Source: Bdellovibrionales bacterium (lineage in GTDB: Bacteria > Bdellovibrionota > Bdellovibrionia > Bdellovibrionales > Bdellovibrionaceae). Taken from it: DNA of 39,035 nt. Of this stretch, positions 27,398 to 36,666 are shown piece after piece (the first letter of the stretch is position 1; the number at the start of each line of letters is the position of its first letter). The stretch is taken from positions 1 to 39,035 of the forward strand of contig JANMPT010000042.1 of assembly GCA_031370005.1 (NCBI GenBank), written 5' to 3'. Made by a program: the position numbers and the translations under genes. The notes beneath the pieces are model-generated. The model was not told the DNA's origin and did not search any database. It saw nothing but the letters and a program-made list of their open reading frames with translations.

Positions 27398-28261
27398 CTA
27401 TTCATGAGCGAGCCAAATATAATCACCTCTTGGCCCATATGCAGTGAAGGGATCAAGCTCACTCTCGACTTCCTTTTGACTTAAACCCTGAATATTTAAA
27501 TAAGAAAACACGAGAGGTTTTTGCTGAGTGCGCACTTCGATCCGATATGGAAGGCCCCCTCCATAGGTGGTGTGAAACTCTCCGACTACGATTAATAGGA
27601 CTTGCTCAGGATGTGCTTGAATAAACTCTGCTGCACGCCAAGCCATCGTATCATCCCAAGTACTTTGCGCTGCAAAGTAACGCTCACCGGCTTCTGGATT
27701 CGGCAAATGAGGCATCAAGGCAAGAAAGCGTTCTTTGTATGAAGCTCGACCCAATTGAAATCCCGGGGGTAAGCTTTTCTGTTCGTCAGACGTCAATCCA
27801 GATAGTCCTACTTTAGAAATCTTGCTCGTCAAAAAGCGCGGAGCATTCAAAGCCAAAGTGTATTCTCCCTGATCATAACGAGGAAAAATAGCCTGATCTC
27901 GATAAAAATCAAAAGCGGGACTCCCCCATTGGATCTTTTTAAGGAAATCAACTTCTGGCAAAGCACCAACGCGGAATTGATCCACCAAAGCTTGATCTGG
28001 ATAATAGAAGAACTCAAGCCCAACAGAGAGTTTAAGCCCCTGGTCGCGAAGTGCCCGCATCAGCTCCATTTGCGCTTGCTGTGAGCTTTTTAAACCATGG
28101 TTTTCACCCATAACAATAATAGTACCTGGACGAATCTGTTGAGCAATGGCACTCAAGCTAAGTCGATTTTGAGGCCTAGCTCCATCGAGAATGGGAATTT
28201 CTTGGGCACGGACAGACAGAAAGCTCATGACAAGCGCTCCAAAGACAAGGATGGCGTTCAT
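27398..28261 (-). CDS. ChaN-family (haem-binding/cofactor uptake-like) exported protein
   Basis: Signal peptide followed by the ChaN-like pattern MGENH, VGLEFF, Q..vD.F, ALNAPR, AQSTWDDTMA and VGEFH. Confidence 0.75.
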   Translation of the reverse strand: MNAILVFGALVMSFLSVRAQEIPILDGARPQNRLSLSAIAQQIRPGTIIVMGENHGLKSSQQAQMELMRALRDQGLKLSVGLEFFYYPDQALVDQFRVGALPEVDFLKKIQWGSPAFDFYRDQAIFPRYDQGEYTLALNAPRFLTSKISKVGLSGLTSDEQKSLPPGFQLGRASYKERFLALMPHLPNPEAGERYFAAQSTWDDTMAWRAAEFIQAHPEQVLLIVVGEFHTTYGGGLPYRIEVRTQQKPLVFSYLNIQGLSQKEVESELDPFTAYGPRGDYIWLAHE

Positions 28262-28406
28262 AGTTTCTCCTTAACTGCAAAATTAGCTGTAAATAGTCAT
28301 TTTGGCTGTTGAATCTTGCAAGGTCTTTTGTTACCTTGAGCCCCTTTGAAAGGGTATTGCAATCTCTATTTGATTCGGTGCCTTATTTGAGATACGGAGA
28401 ATTATC

Positions 28407-28586
28407 ATGGCAAAAAAATCTGGAAGAATTATCGTTACACTTGAGTGCACTGAAGCTCGCGCTGAGGGCAAATCTGTTTCGCGCTATACGACGACCAAAA
28501 ATAAGCAAAAGACTCCCGGTCGTATGGAGAAGAAAAAGTACAACCCAAATCTACAGCGCCACACTGTGCATAGAGAGACTAAATAA
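28407..28586 (+). CDS. rpmG: 50S ribosomal protein L33 (59 aa; missed by the ORF track)
   Basis: Manual translation gives [66 protein letters not shown] upstream. Confidence 0.96.
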   Translation: MAKKSGRIIVTLECTEARAEGKSVSRYTTTKNKQKTPGRMEKKKYNPNLQRHTVHRETK

Positions 28587-28589
28587 TCC

Positions 28590-29126
28590 ATGATTCTAAC
28601 TGACCAGGAGATCCTGGAGAACATGAAGAAGGGCTTCATTAAAGTAGAGCCCTATATCCAAGATTGCCTCGGAACAAACTCTTACGATGTCCACTTGGGG
28701 AAAACCCTAGGCACCTATGTCGACAGTGTCCTGGACGCAAAAAAACATAACAAAGTTGAACTCTTTGAAATCCCTGAGGAAGGCATTGTCCTAACTCCAG
28801 AAAATTTCTATCTTGGAGTGACTCAGGAATACACGGAAACCCTTAGACACGTTCCTTTTCTTGAGGGAAAATCCAGCGTTGGTCGCCTTGGAATTGATAT
28901 CCACGCCACTGCTGGCAAAGGTGATGTTGGCTTCTGCAACTTCTGGACATTGGAAATTTCTGTAAAAAAACCAGTTCGTATATATGCAGGCATGCCGATT
29001 GGCCAATTGATCTATTTTGAAATAAAAGGCGAAATCCTCAATCCTTACAATACGAAGACCTCTGCAAAATATAACGATAAGCAGGCGACCCCTGTGGAAT
29101 CGATGATGTGGAAGAACCGCTTCTAA
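28590..29126 (+). CDS. dcd: dCTP deaminase
   Basis: Motifs MILTD, NSYDVHLG, EGKSSVGRLGI, GDVGF...WTLEIS and YAGMPIGQL. Confidence 0.93.
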   Translation: MILTDQEILENMKKGFIKVEPYIQDCLGTNSYDVHLGKTLGTYVDSVLDAKKHNKVELFEIPEEGIVLTPENFYLGVTQEYTETLRHVPFLEGKSSVGRLGIDIHATAGKGDVGFCNFWTLEISVKKPVRIYAGMPIGQLIYFEIKGEILNPYNTKTSAKYNDKQATPVESMMWKNRF

Positions 29127-29141
29127 ATTCTTCCTATCTTT

Positions 29142-32100
29142 TTATTTATTATCTACATCTACGTAATTCAGATTTCTCTTAATAATTTGTTCATCTTCTT
29201 TAGAGAAAAGTACCATTTTTTTAGCCTTAGAAGCGGCGACCTGGTCACCGATGTAGCCAAGAATCCCAGATAAATCATTCCGATTTGCAGACACTTCCCA
29301 CCTTGTAGGATCTAACTTCCATGGAAGCCACTTAAAAAGAAAGTCTTTTACTCCGCCTGGCGGTTTTCCATAATGTAAAATATAAGTGAATAAGGCCAAA
29401 AGGTCTTTTTGACTAATTAGCTTTTGATCTTTTGTTAGCTCAGCCAAAACGCCCCTAAAAGATGGAAATGCAGTTTTAGCCTCTGCTAAATTAATCACAC
29501 CGTCTTTGTTGACGTCAAATTTTGAAATTGTCATCTCCACATACTGAAGAACATGAGGTACTAAATCCGCATCTTGCAACTTCACGGTATTCTGGCTATT
29601 CGGAATATGGCCAGCAGCCTTTAAAATATTTGCTAAGAATCCCGTGAACGCATCCAAGTCCATGTGTTTAAAGAACTTGATATACTCAGGAGTTGCCGTC
29701 ATATAATTTCCGGTCTGCTCAAGATAAACTTTACGAATGCATTTTTCTTGGACAGTAGGCTCAGTTTCAGGTTTTGCAGGATCAATACAGACAGCAACGA
29801 TGTCTTTACGAAACATCTTGTTCACTTTTATACCAGATAATATCATGCCAATCATATCAGTCATTTCTGGAAAGTTCACATAATTATCCCCGTTACTATG
29901 GGCCGTGAAAATATTGGCCTCGCGGAAGCGAGCCTCCATAAAGGTTGTATTTGATTGATCCAGAAGCCCAATTTCAACAACCACAGGCTTAACAATATCA
30001 AATAAATCTTGAGCCTCTTTTAAATTCACTCCCTCATAGCGTTGCAAGCGGCTTAAGCTCATAGTAGCCGCACGTATGAGTGCCCGGCCCGCAAAGCGAT
30101 TTAAATTTAAACGTGTCACACTGTTAGAGTCGTAGGTAAGCTTTAAAATATTTGTGATAATCAGGCGGCCTTCAGAATCGATTGGCTGGGGAACTTTTCC
30201 TGCTATCATCAATGAGGTTTCAATCAAGCCTGTTCTTAATTCCGCAGAGATTTTTGTGTCTTTTAACTTATTAGAAATCTCAGATTGCAAGTCTTCAGGT
30301 TTTAACGGTGATGCCGTTAAAGATTGCAAATATCTCTCAGTCTCGTACCAGATCTGAAATTCAAGGTGAACGCTTCCAAGACTAACTGGAGTTAAGCCAT
30401 TTGGTTGAGAGCCTTTCAACCGAAGCTCCGCTGGCCATATAATACGATTCAGCGCAATTTTCACTATTTGTTCAAGAGACTCAGGTGCCAATGCTTTTGG
30501 AATGATATCCAGTGAAGCCATACGCTTTACTAAAACAGTAATTTGATCTTCCGGAATGATTTGATTGGGTTTAAGAAGGATCACATCGTTCAAAATATTC
30601 AGTACTTGATCTGTTATTTTTTTAAAGGATTCTAAAAACTGCGAGGTGCCATAGTTCTCTTGCTTTAAAAAATAATAATCAAATAAATATGAATTATAGA
30701 AACGCGCAGAATACTTGAGAAAAGGACTCCATTGGTCTTTTTTAATGAGAGCATCATTCTCAGAAAAAACGACATTTTTGATGTCTTTTACTAAAGGAAT
30801 GTATTTCTGGACATCTAAAACCGAATTTTTTTCTAGTTCGTTGCTTGGATAAAGACGAGCAATTTCACCAAGAAGTTCACTTAAGTTTTCAATGTCGTAT
30901 GAGTCTTCAAAAAGTACACCAAAACTTTCCGCACTTGCTTCTAAATTCTTCTGTGCATCATTGAAAAACTGTTGTGCAGTATCATAGCTGAAACTAGCGC
31001 GATCCCATTCAAAACTATAGACCTGAAAGTAGGGCAACAACTTCTCTACCACAAGTTTTAGAGTCGCGACTTTATTTTTACCGCGTTCAAAATCACGACT
31101 GGTTATTGTCTCTTCACTTCCACCAAAATAGACTTTTTTGAGTTTCATGGCCTCATCGATCAACTTGTCAGAAACTTGGAATGCATTCCAGATGCTAGAA
31201 AAAGTCGTTAAAATACCACTAACTTCTTGCTTAGAAATACATGAGGTGTTTTTACTGCCACAAATTGGATCTGTTGGCTTTTGTTCCAACAAATCTTGGA
31301 AGCCACCTAAAAGATCTTCCAACGAACGTGCAAGATAACCCAAACGAATGCCAGCTCCAGTATCAGCAGATGATTTAATAAAGTAGTAATAACGAAGATA
31401 TTGCAGATAACCACGAACACCTAGAAGAACAAAACTTTTCCACTCAGAGGGGCCTATAGAATTCGGGTCACCGCCGGAAATAGCTTTTTTAACCTTCTTA
31501 ATAACTGGCATGCCTTTTTCAATTTCATTTGCGACTGGCCAATCTTGACCAGTAAAATTTGAAAACTCACGTAAGAAGCTTACAAAGTGATCGAGTTCAT
31601 AGGACTGATTGTTCTCATGGATCATATTTGCTAAAATCCGTGCGACATTTTGAATCTCACTGCTGGCTTTTTCAAAATAACGAACGTCATCTTGAACATT
31701 GGCAGAGCCGACTATCGTCCACTTTTGTGCAATCAATTTCATATAAGGATTTAAACGCAAGGATATGTCCTTAAAATCTCCAAGCATATTAATAATTTTA
31801 TCAAGTTCTGCACGCGTCACATAATCAAGGCTGCCACCTATGAAGAGCTGTTTTATACGCATAATTTCTGTGCGAAGAGCTGGGGTAATATCAGGACTGG
31901 AAGCCTCGAGAAAATTTTTCTTCAAAAAATCTGCTAGTTCCGTGGCTTCAAAGCGATCATCGACGCGACCATAGACATACTTTTTAAAAGTCTTTATCGC
32001 TGTCGAAGTGCAATCCCAACCAGAAGCCACGGCTGCATCAGAAGCATCCCCAGCAACAAAGGCCTCAATCACTGGTCGAAGGCCCGATAAACACTGAGTT

Positions 32101-32213
32101 CCACCCAGTTTTTGCTGCCCCGCCTCTGGCGGAACCTCCCCCACTTTGGGAGTACAAGAAGTTATGAGCAAAACAACACTAAGAAAAAAACAAATATTTT
32201 TTTCAAAAAACAT
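29142..32213 (-). CDS. Large hypothetical lipoprotein with EF-hand-like repeats
   Basis: Lipobox LLITSC, canonical EF loop DVNKDGVINLAE (29481-29516) and internal K..K...GG....I...E/D repeats. Confidence 0.75.
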   Translation of the reverse strand: MFFEKNICFFLSVVLLITSCTPKVGEVPPEAGQQKLGGTQCLSGLRPVIEAFVAGDASDAAVASGWDCTSTAIKTFKKYVYGRVDDRFEATELADFLKKNFLEASSPDITPALRTEIMRIKQLFIGGSLDYVTRAELDKIINMLGDFKDISLRLNPYMKLIAQKWTIVGSANVQDDVRYFEKASSEIQNVARILANMIHENNQSYELDHFVSFLREFSNFTGQDWPVANEIEKGMPVIKKVKKAISGGDPNSIGPSEWKSFVLLGVRGYLQYLRYYYFIKSSADTGAGIRLGYLARSLEDLLGGFQDLLEQKPTDPICGSKNTSCISKQEVSGILTTFSSIWNAFQVSDKLIDEAMKLKKVYFGGSEETITSRDFERGKNKVATLKLVVEKLLPYFQVYSFEWDRASFSYDTAQQFFNDAQKNLEASAESFGVLFEDSYDIENLSELLGEIARLYPSNELEKNSVLDVQKYIPLVKDIKNVVFSENDALIKKDQWSPFLKYSARFYNSYLFDYYFLKQENYGTSQFLESFKKITDQVLNILNDVILLKPNQIIPEDQITVLVKRMASLDIIPKALAPESLEQIVKIALNRIIWPAELRLKGSQPNGLTPVSLGSVHLEFQIWYETERYLQSLTASPLKPEDLQSEISNKLKDTKISAELRTGLIETSLMIAGKVPQPIDSEGRLIITNILKLTYDSNSVTRLNLNRFAGRALIRAATMSLSRLQRYEGVNLKEAQDLFDIVKPVVVEIGLLDQSNTTFMEARFREANIFTAHSNGDNYVNFPEMTDMIGMILSGIKVNKMFRKDIVAVCIDPAKPETEPTVQEKCIRKVYLEQTGNYMTATPEYIKFFKHMDLDAFTGFLANILKAAGHIPNSQNTVKLQDADLVPHVLQYVEMTISKFDVNKDGVINLAEAKTAFPSFRGVLAELTKDQKLISQKDLLALFTYILHYGKPPGGVKDFLFKWLPWKLDPTRWEVSANRNDLSGILGYIGDQVAASKAKKMVLFSKEDEQIIKRNLNYVDVDNK

Positions 32214-33738
32214 AAGTCATTCCCCCATAAACGCGGTCATTTGCGCGATACTGGTTTAAGAAACCTGAAACTTTGTACGAATCATCTTCAGTTCCTAAAA
32301 GATCAGCCCCCATTAACAAAGCCCACTCTTGACTTGGATAAAACAGAAACTCTGTATTTATCATCGATCCTTTTTGATCCTTATCATAGAGGTAAGCAAA
32401 CTTGGTCACTAACGGACGGCGATAGATTCTTAGCAATTCCCCTTGGACTTTTATTTTCACTACGTCAGTAAACTTTAAACGCTGATCATACAAATTGATA
32501 TCATCCGCAGTGCCGTCGCTGCCAATGTCTTGAATATTGCCGCCGTCAACACGCAGATAATTAACTTGCATCAATATTGAACGGGAAAAAAAGTTTGGAA
32601 TCGTCCAATCTATACCTGCAGAATAGGCACGAATTCCGTAAAGTTTCTGAATCACCCAATCCGTATCCGGTCTTTTTTCTTCTGGGCTATCTTGTAAATA
32701 AGAAACTGTGGCGCGCACATTACCCTGTGTAAAGCCCAAGTCCGCAGAAAAAATAGAGTGGTAGGTGATATCTGGCGACACAATAACGCCAACATCGCTG
32801 TTAATTTGGTACTTTACATTTCGTTTTAGTAAAAGCTGATTCACTGGCGTATAACCATAGCTACTGACGGCCCAAAGCCCCTGATCTTTATCACCAGCTC
32901 TTCCCATGAAGGCATAGCCTCCGTGAGCTGCAAGCTGGGCCGCTTCTGGAATGCCGAGCTTATACGTAATGAGCGTTGGCTTATTGTTAATCAAATCAGC
33001 CTGACGGCTCGGAGCGTGGTACCAACGACTGTCGGCCACCAAACCGCCATTTTCTTCACGGATATCAGGACCAAGACTTGGGATAAAAATCGGAGTCACC
33101 ATCCCCAAAACTTGCCAGTCCTGGCGATTTACATCGAGGAAAACCCCCGTCAAGCCCTGCTCCTCTGGTCGAAGAGCATCAAGCTCAAAGTAGGGTTGCC
33201 AGACACCAAGGTTCCACTCATGGTCGGCTTCACTCCAGACATTTTTTTTACGGCCAACGTAGGCGCGATAGCCTTGAGTTCGCGGTGATGTATAAATCTC
33301 GTGAACGACAATGTGCGACTGGTTTTGGGAAAAAAACGTTCCGGCAGAAATGTCCGCTGCATTTTCAAGCCAGCTTGTTTCTCCAACATAGCTCAATTGG
33401 CCAGACAAAAATTGACTATAGGTCAACTCGGGAGAGTCTGGAAGTACTGTAAAGTACTTCATACCCTCAAGGCGAAGCTGGCCGTATGCACGGTGTTTGG
33501 CTTGTTCATCGATAAGAATATCGGACCGAAGTTGCGGAAGCACTGCTATACTTTGGGCTGAAGATTTTTGAGCAACAGAGAGCCCTACCAACAGATAAGC
33601 TGATAGTAATAAAGACCTCTGTTTTAGACTCGCCAAACGAGCTGTGATTTTAAGCACTTGCACTGGAGACGAAGAAGACCGCTTTTTACACATCCAGTCA
33701 ATGTCTCTTCTTGTTAGGAGGTCTATTGCTGTTTCCAT
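32203..33738 (-). CDS. Putative outer-membrane beta-barrel protein
   Basis: Amphipathic beta strands throughout, C-terminal GGMTYVF (BAM signal) and a hydrophobic signal segment near residues 42-62. Start is 33738 or 33693. Confidence 0.72.
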   Translation of the reverse strand: METAIDLLTRRDIDWMCKKRSSSSPVQVLKITARLASLKQRSLLLSAYLLVGLSVAQKSSAQSIAVLPQLRSDILIDEQAKHRAYGQLRLEGMKYFTVLPDSPELTYSQFLSGQLSYVGETSWLENAADISAGTFFSQNQSHIVVHEIYTSPRTQGYRAYVGRKKNVWSEADHEWNLGVWQPYFELDALRPEEQGLTGVFLDVNRQDWQVLGMVTPIFIPSLGPDIREENGGLVADSRWYHAPSRQADLINNKPTLITYKLGIPEAAQLAAHGGYAFMGRAGDKDQGLWAVSSYGYTPVNQLLLKRNVKYQINSDVGVIVSPDITYHSIFSADLGFTQGNVRATVSYLQDSPEEKRPDTDWVIQKLYGIRAYSAGIDWTIPNFFSRSILMQVNYLRVDGGNIQDIGSDGTADDINLYDQRLKFTDVVKIKVQGELLRIYRRPLVTKFAYLYDKDQKGSMINTEFLFYPSQEWALLMGADLLGTEDDSYKVSGFLNQYRANDRVYGGMTYVF

Positions 33739-33789
33739 TGGTTCCTATTAAAGCATAGTGAAAAAAAACATCATATCACTGCATATTTT

Positions 33790-34797
33790 TCAGGCATACC
33801 AGAGCTCTGCGGCTAGTGCTTCATGCTTCAAACGCTGTTCCTCTGTTAGGTTTGCCCATGACTGGGGCGAAAGTGCAGCTCTCATTGTAAACTCAAAAAA
33901 TGTATTATGGCGCCGCAAAGTGCGTTTCATTCGATGAGACTTCATCGGATTATAATGGCCCAAAAGATTAAAAAGCTGCAACGGATTTTTCTTCACCCAC
34001 ATCCATGATCCCATCTCTAAACACAAAGGCAAGTAAACACCTTTAGCAAGACCTTTTTTAGCGTACTCATCGTAGAGATAATCCCACAAGTCTCCATGGG
34101 TTGTATAATTCAATGCTTGGGGTTCAATCCGATAAAAATGATAGGGATAGGTGCGATCAAAGAGGCTTTTAAAGGCATGGGCAGCGGCGATCCCAGGATA
34201 GGCTTTTGCTGTCTTTGCATAGGGAAACCAAATTTGATCTTGCATCCCGAAGCCTGAGTGAAAATCAATGGTAATTGCCAGTGAGGATTTTAAAATCTCT
34301 TGCTGAACAGCCTTTACCAAGGCCAAAGACTCGACCTCCATCGGGGCTCCCTCGACTCCCCGATACCAAGGCAGTTTTGGTGAATATCTATGCCCACCCA
34401 AAAAGCGTGGTGGCTGCTCCCCCTCAATAGGTGCATTCCTCATCAGATCCACTCCTTGAGGATTGCTGCGAGTTTTTTTCAAGATCCCAATGGGATTCAC
34501 TAATGGAATAAAGAATACGCGCATATGTTTCAATGATTCTTTGATCATCTCATCCCATAAAAGAAGCTCACTAAAGGAATGCAGCAGTGAAATACAAACC
34601 TGAGAGCCGATCCGTTCTAAGCCGTGGACCCCTCCAACCAAGCCGACGACAGGAGCCTCGGGGTCCTCGCTGCCAAAGCTCAGCTTATGAATCGGAAGCT
34701 TATGCTCGCCCTTTTGACTGTAAGCCAAAATTTCGGAACGAACTAGGGGACCCAACTCATGAATAACTTTTTCAATTTGTTTTACTTCTAACAACAT
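33790..34797 (-). CDS. M14-family zinc carboxypeptidase-like protein
   Basis: Motifs GGVHGLE (HxxE), NPIG, RSN..GVDLMRN, IDFHSG and LEMG. Confidence 0.88.
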   Translation of the reverse strand: MLLEVKQIEKVIHELGPLVRSEILAYSQKGEHKLPIHKLSFGSEDPEAPVVGLVGGVHGLERIGSQVCISLLHSFSELLLWDEMIKESLKHMRVFFIPLVNPIGILKKTRSNPQGVDLMRNAPIEGEQPPRFLGGHRYSPKLPWYRGVEGAPMEVESLALVKAVQQEILKSSLAITIDFHSGFGMQDQIWFPYAKTAKAYPGIAAAHAFKSLFDRTYPYHFYRIEPQALNYTTHGDLWDYLYDEYAKKGLAKGVYLPLCLEMGSWMWVKKNPLQLFNLLGHYNPMKSHRMKRTLRRHNTFFEFTMRAALSPQSWANLTEEQRLKHEALAAELWYA

Positions 34798-34926
34798 TTA
34801 TTGATTAAATTGTGCTTTTGCAGAATCACCAACTGTTAACGCTAAAGGTTATTTTTTGCTCTATGAAATTGAAACCTATAAACTCCTGGAGCATTGAAGT
34901 AAAACAACTTGCAAGGAGAACTGCCA

Positions 34927-35724
34927 GTGAACATTCAAAAGCTTCTCGACATGATGTGGAAGGACTATTGTGAAATCAACCCTGCCGCAAAGAAAATCTA
35001 TGACCTTCTTACAGGGGAAGGCGAAACCCTTATAAACGATCACATTGCTCTCCGCACCTTCAACCATCCTCGCTTGGGGATTAAATCCATGGCTCACCAG
35101 TTTGAAAAATTCGGATATGTGATGGCAAAAAATGAATATCATTTTACCGAAAAGAAGTTGTATGCAAGACACTGGGAGCACCCGGATACAACTCTGCCAA
35201 AAATTTTTATTAGTGAACTAGAGCTTGAAAAGGTATCACCATTTGTACGCAGCACAGTGAATAACTTAGCGGATCAAATGCCAGATTCCTTAATCCAGTC
35301 AGAAACCCTTTCCCTCTCTGGCCGCCCGTGGGAAATGTCTTACAAACTTTACAATGAACTTGCCAAGGAAAGTGAATACGTTTCTTGGGTTGCGGCCCAT
35401 GGCTTTAGACCAAATCACTTCACCGTCTTCATCAATCCACTCAAAAAATTCAACGATATTTTAACACTAAATAAATACATTACAGCCAATGGATTTCCAC
35501 TGAACAAATCTGGCGGCGAAGTCAAGGGCACACCCGCAGATTACTTAGAGCAGAGTTCAACAATGGCGAATGAAATTCCATTAAAATTCAGTGATGGGAC
35601 TTTTAATATTCCTGGCTGCTACTATGAATTTGCAAAACGATACCCCATGGATAATGGCAAACTTTATCAGGGATTTGTCGCGAAATCCGCAGATAAAATC
35701 TTTGAAAGTACAAATAAAATTTAA
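34927..35724 (+). CDS. DUF1338 protein (2-oxoadipate dioxygenase/decarboxylase, HglS-like)
   Basis: Motifs NDHIALRT, PKIFISEL, ESEY..W, NHFT, LEQSST, YYEFAKRY and GF...SADKIFEST. GTG at 34927 after AAGGAG. Confidence 0.85.
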   Translation: MNIQKLLDMMWKDYCEINPAAKKIYDLLTGEGETLINDHIALRTFNHPRLGIKSMAHQFEKFGYVMAKNEYHFTEKKLYARHWEHPDTTLPKIFISELELEKVSPFVRSTVNNLADQMPDSLIQSETLSLSGRPWEMSYKLYNELAKESEYVSWVAAHGFRPNHFTVFINPLKKFNDILTLNKYITANGFPLNKSGGEVKGTPADYLEQSSTMANEIPLKFSDGTFNIPGCYYEFAKRYPMDNGKLYQGFVAKSADKIFESTNKI

Positions 35725-35734
35725 CCAAATACAA

Positions 35735-36385
35735 TCAAGCAATTTTTTTTGTCAGCTGTTGGTGGAAAGTCTCTTTATCTGCCTCAATAGCATTCCAAGT
35801 TTTATGAGCTTGCAGAAAGATTCTCACAAGCTGGGGATCAAACTGCGTACCCGAACAACGTTTAAGTTCGCCATAGACGATCTCATCAGAAAGACCTTTG
35901 CGGTATGCCCGAGTCTTCGACATGGCATCATAAGTATCAACAACTAAAATCACCCGCGAAAGGAGAGGGATTTTATCACCGACTAATTTATCTGGATACC
36001 CCTCGCCATCCATCCGCTCATGATGACTGCGGATAGGATTCAAGAGTTCTTTAAAAAAACTATGCTTTGCGAGAGGGCGAACAATTTGCTCGCTCATGCA
36101 GGGATGGTTTTTCATGATATCCAACTCGCGGGGATCAAGCTTCCCTGGTTTGCCAATAATTTCAGGATCAATACCCATCTTACCTATATCGTGAAAGATC
36201 CCAGCGAACTCTGCGAGCTTTTGTTCATACTCGTTCAGCCCGGCGTCACGCGCCAGCTTACGGGCCATTTCACCCACACGCATACAATGCGCATAAGTTC
36301 CTGGATCCACTATTTTCAAAGACTGCATTAAGGCCTGTGTGGCATCATAAGCCCAACTCGGAATATCACCCCACTGCGAAGACAT
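35735..36385 (-). CDS. Stand-alone canonical HD-GYP phosphodiesterase
   Basis: Motifs TYAHCMRV, FHDIGK, HP, HHERMDGEGYP, DTYDAM, RAYRK and GTQFDP. ATG at 36385 after a GGGGAGG SD. Confidence 0.93.
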   Translation of the reverse strand: MSSQWGDIPSWAYDATQALMQSLKIVDPGTYAHCMRVGEMARKLARDAGLNEYEQKLAEFAGIFHDIGKMGIDPEIIGKPGKLDPRELDIMKNHPCMSEQIVRPLAKHSFFKELLNPIRSHHERMDGEGYPDKLVGDKIPLLSRVILVVDTYDAMSKTRAYRKGLSDEIVYGELKRCSGTQFDPQLVRIFLQAHKTWNAIEADKETFHQQLTKKIA

Positions 36386-36615
36386 AGGCACCCCTCCCCG
36401 TGTCTTCTTTTCGACTAAAATCCATAATTTCTTAAGTCTTCTATGAAAACTTATGATTGTTGACATCGAAGTCCCAAATTGAAACACTATATTTGCAGAT
36501 AAATCCGAATCCCAATGCACTAAGGCTTACCCAGGGTTGATTTTATCTGTTCTCATTCATGTAAATCTAGGCCAACTAAGATCTCACATACAGGTAAATA
36601 TTAAAAAAACGATAA

Positions 36616-36632
36616 TGTCCGAAAACCGCTAG
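36616..36632 (+). promoter_or_regulatory. Candidate Ada-responsive operator TGTCCGAAAACCGCTAG upstream of ada-alkA
   Basis: GC-containing island in an AT-rich spacer, 35 nt before the ATG. It resembles motifs I recall upstream of adaA-alkA fusions; not verified. Confidence 0.4.
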
Positions 36633-36666
36633 TTAATTAGTATTGAATCAATTATACTGCCTGGCA

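Noticed and set aside
28309..28593. 94-aa ORF from the track
   Set aside because: Out-of-frame shadow of the real rpmG (28407-28586); it has no recognisable motifs.
32112..33561. Several 79-121 aa ORFs within or opposite the barrel gene (and similar short nested ORFs throughout the window)
   Set aside because: They are nested in longer motif-bearing CDSs and have no independent coding evidence.
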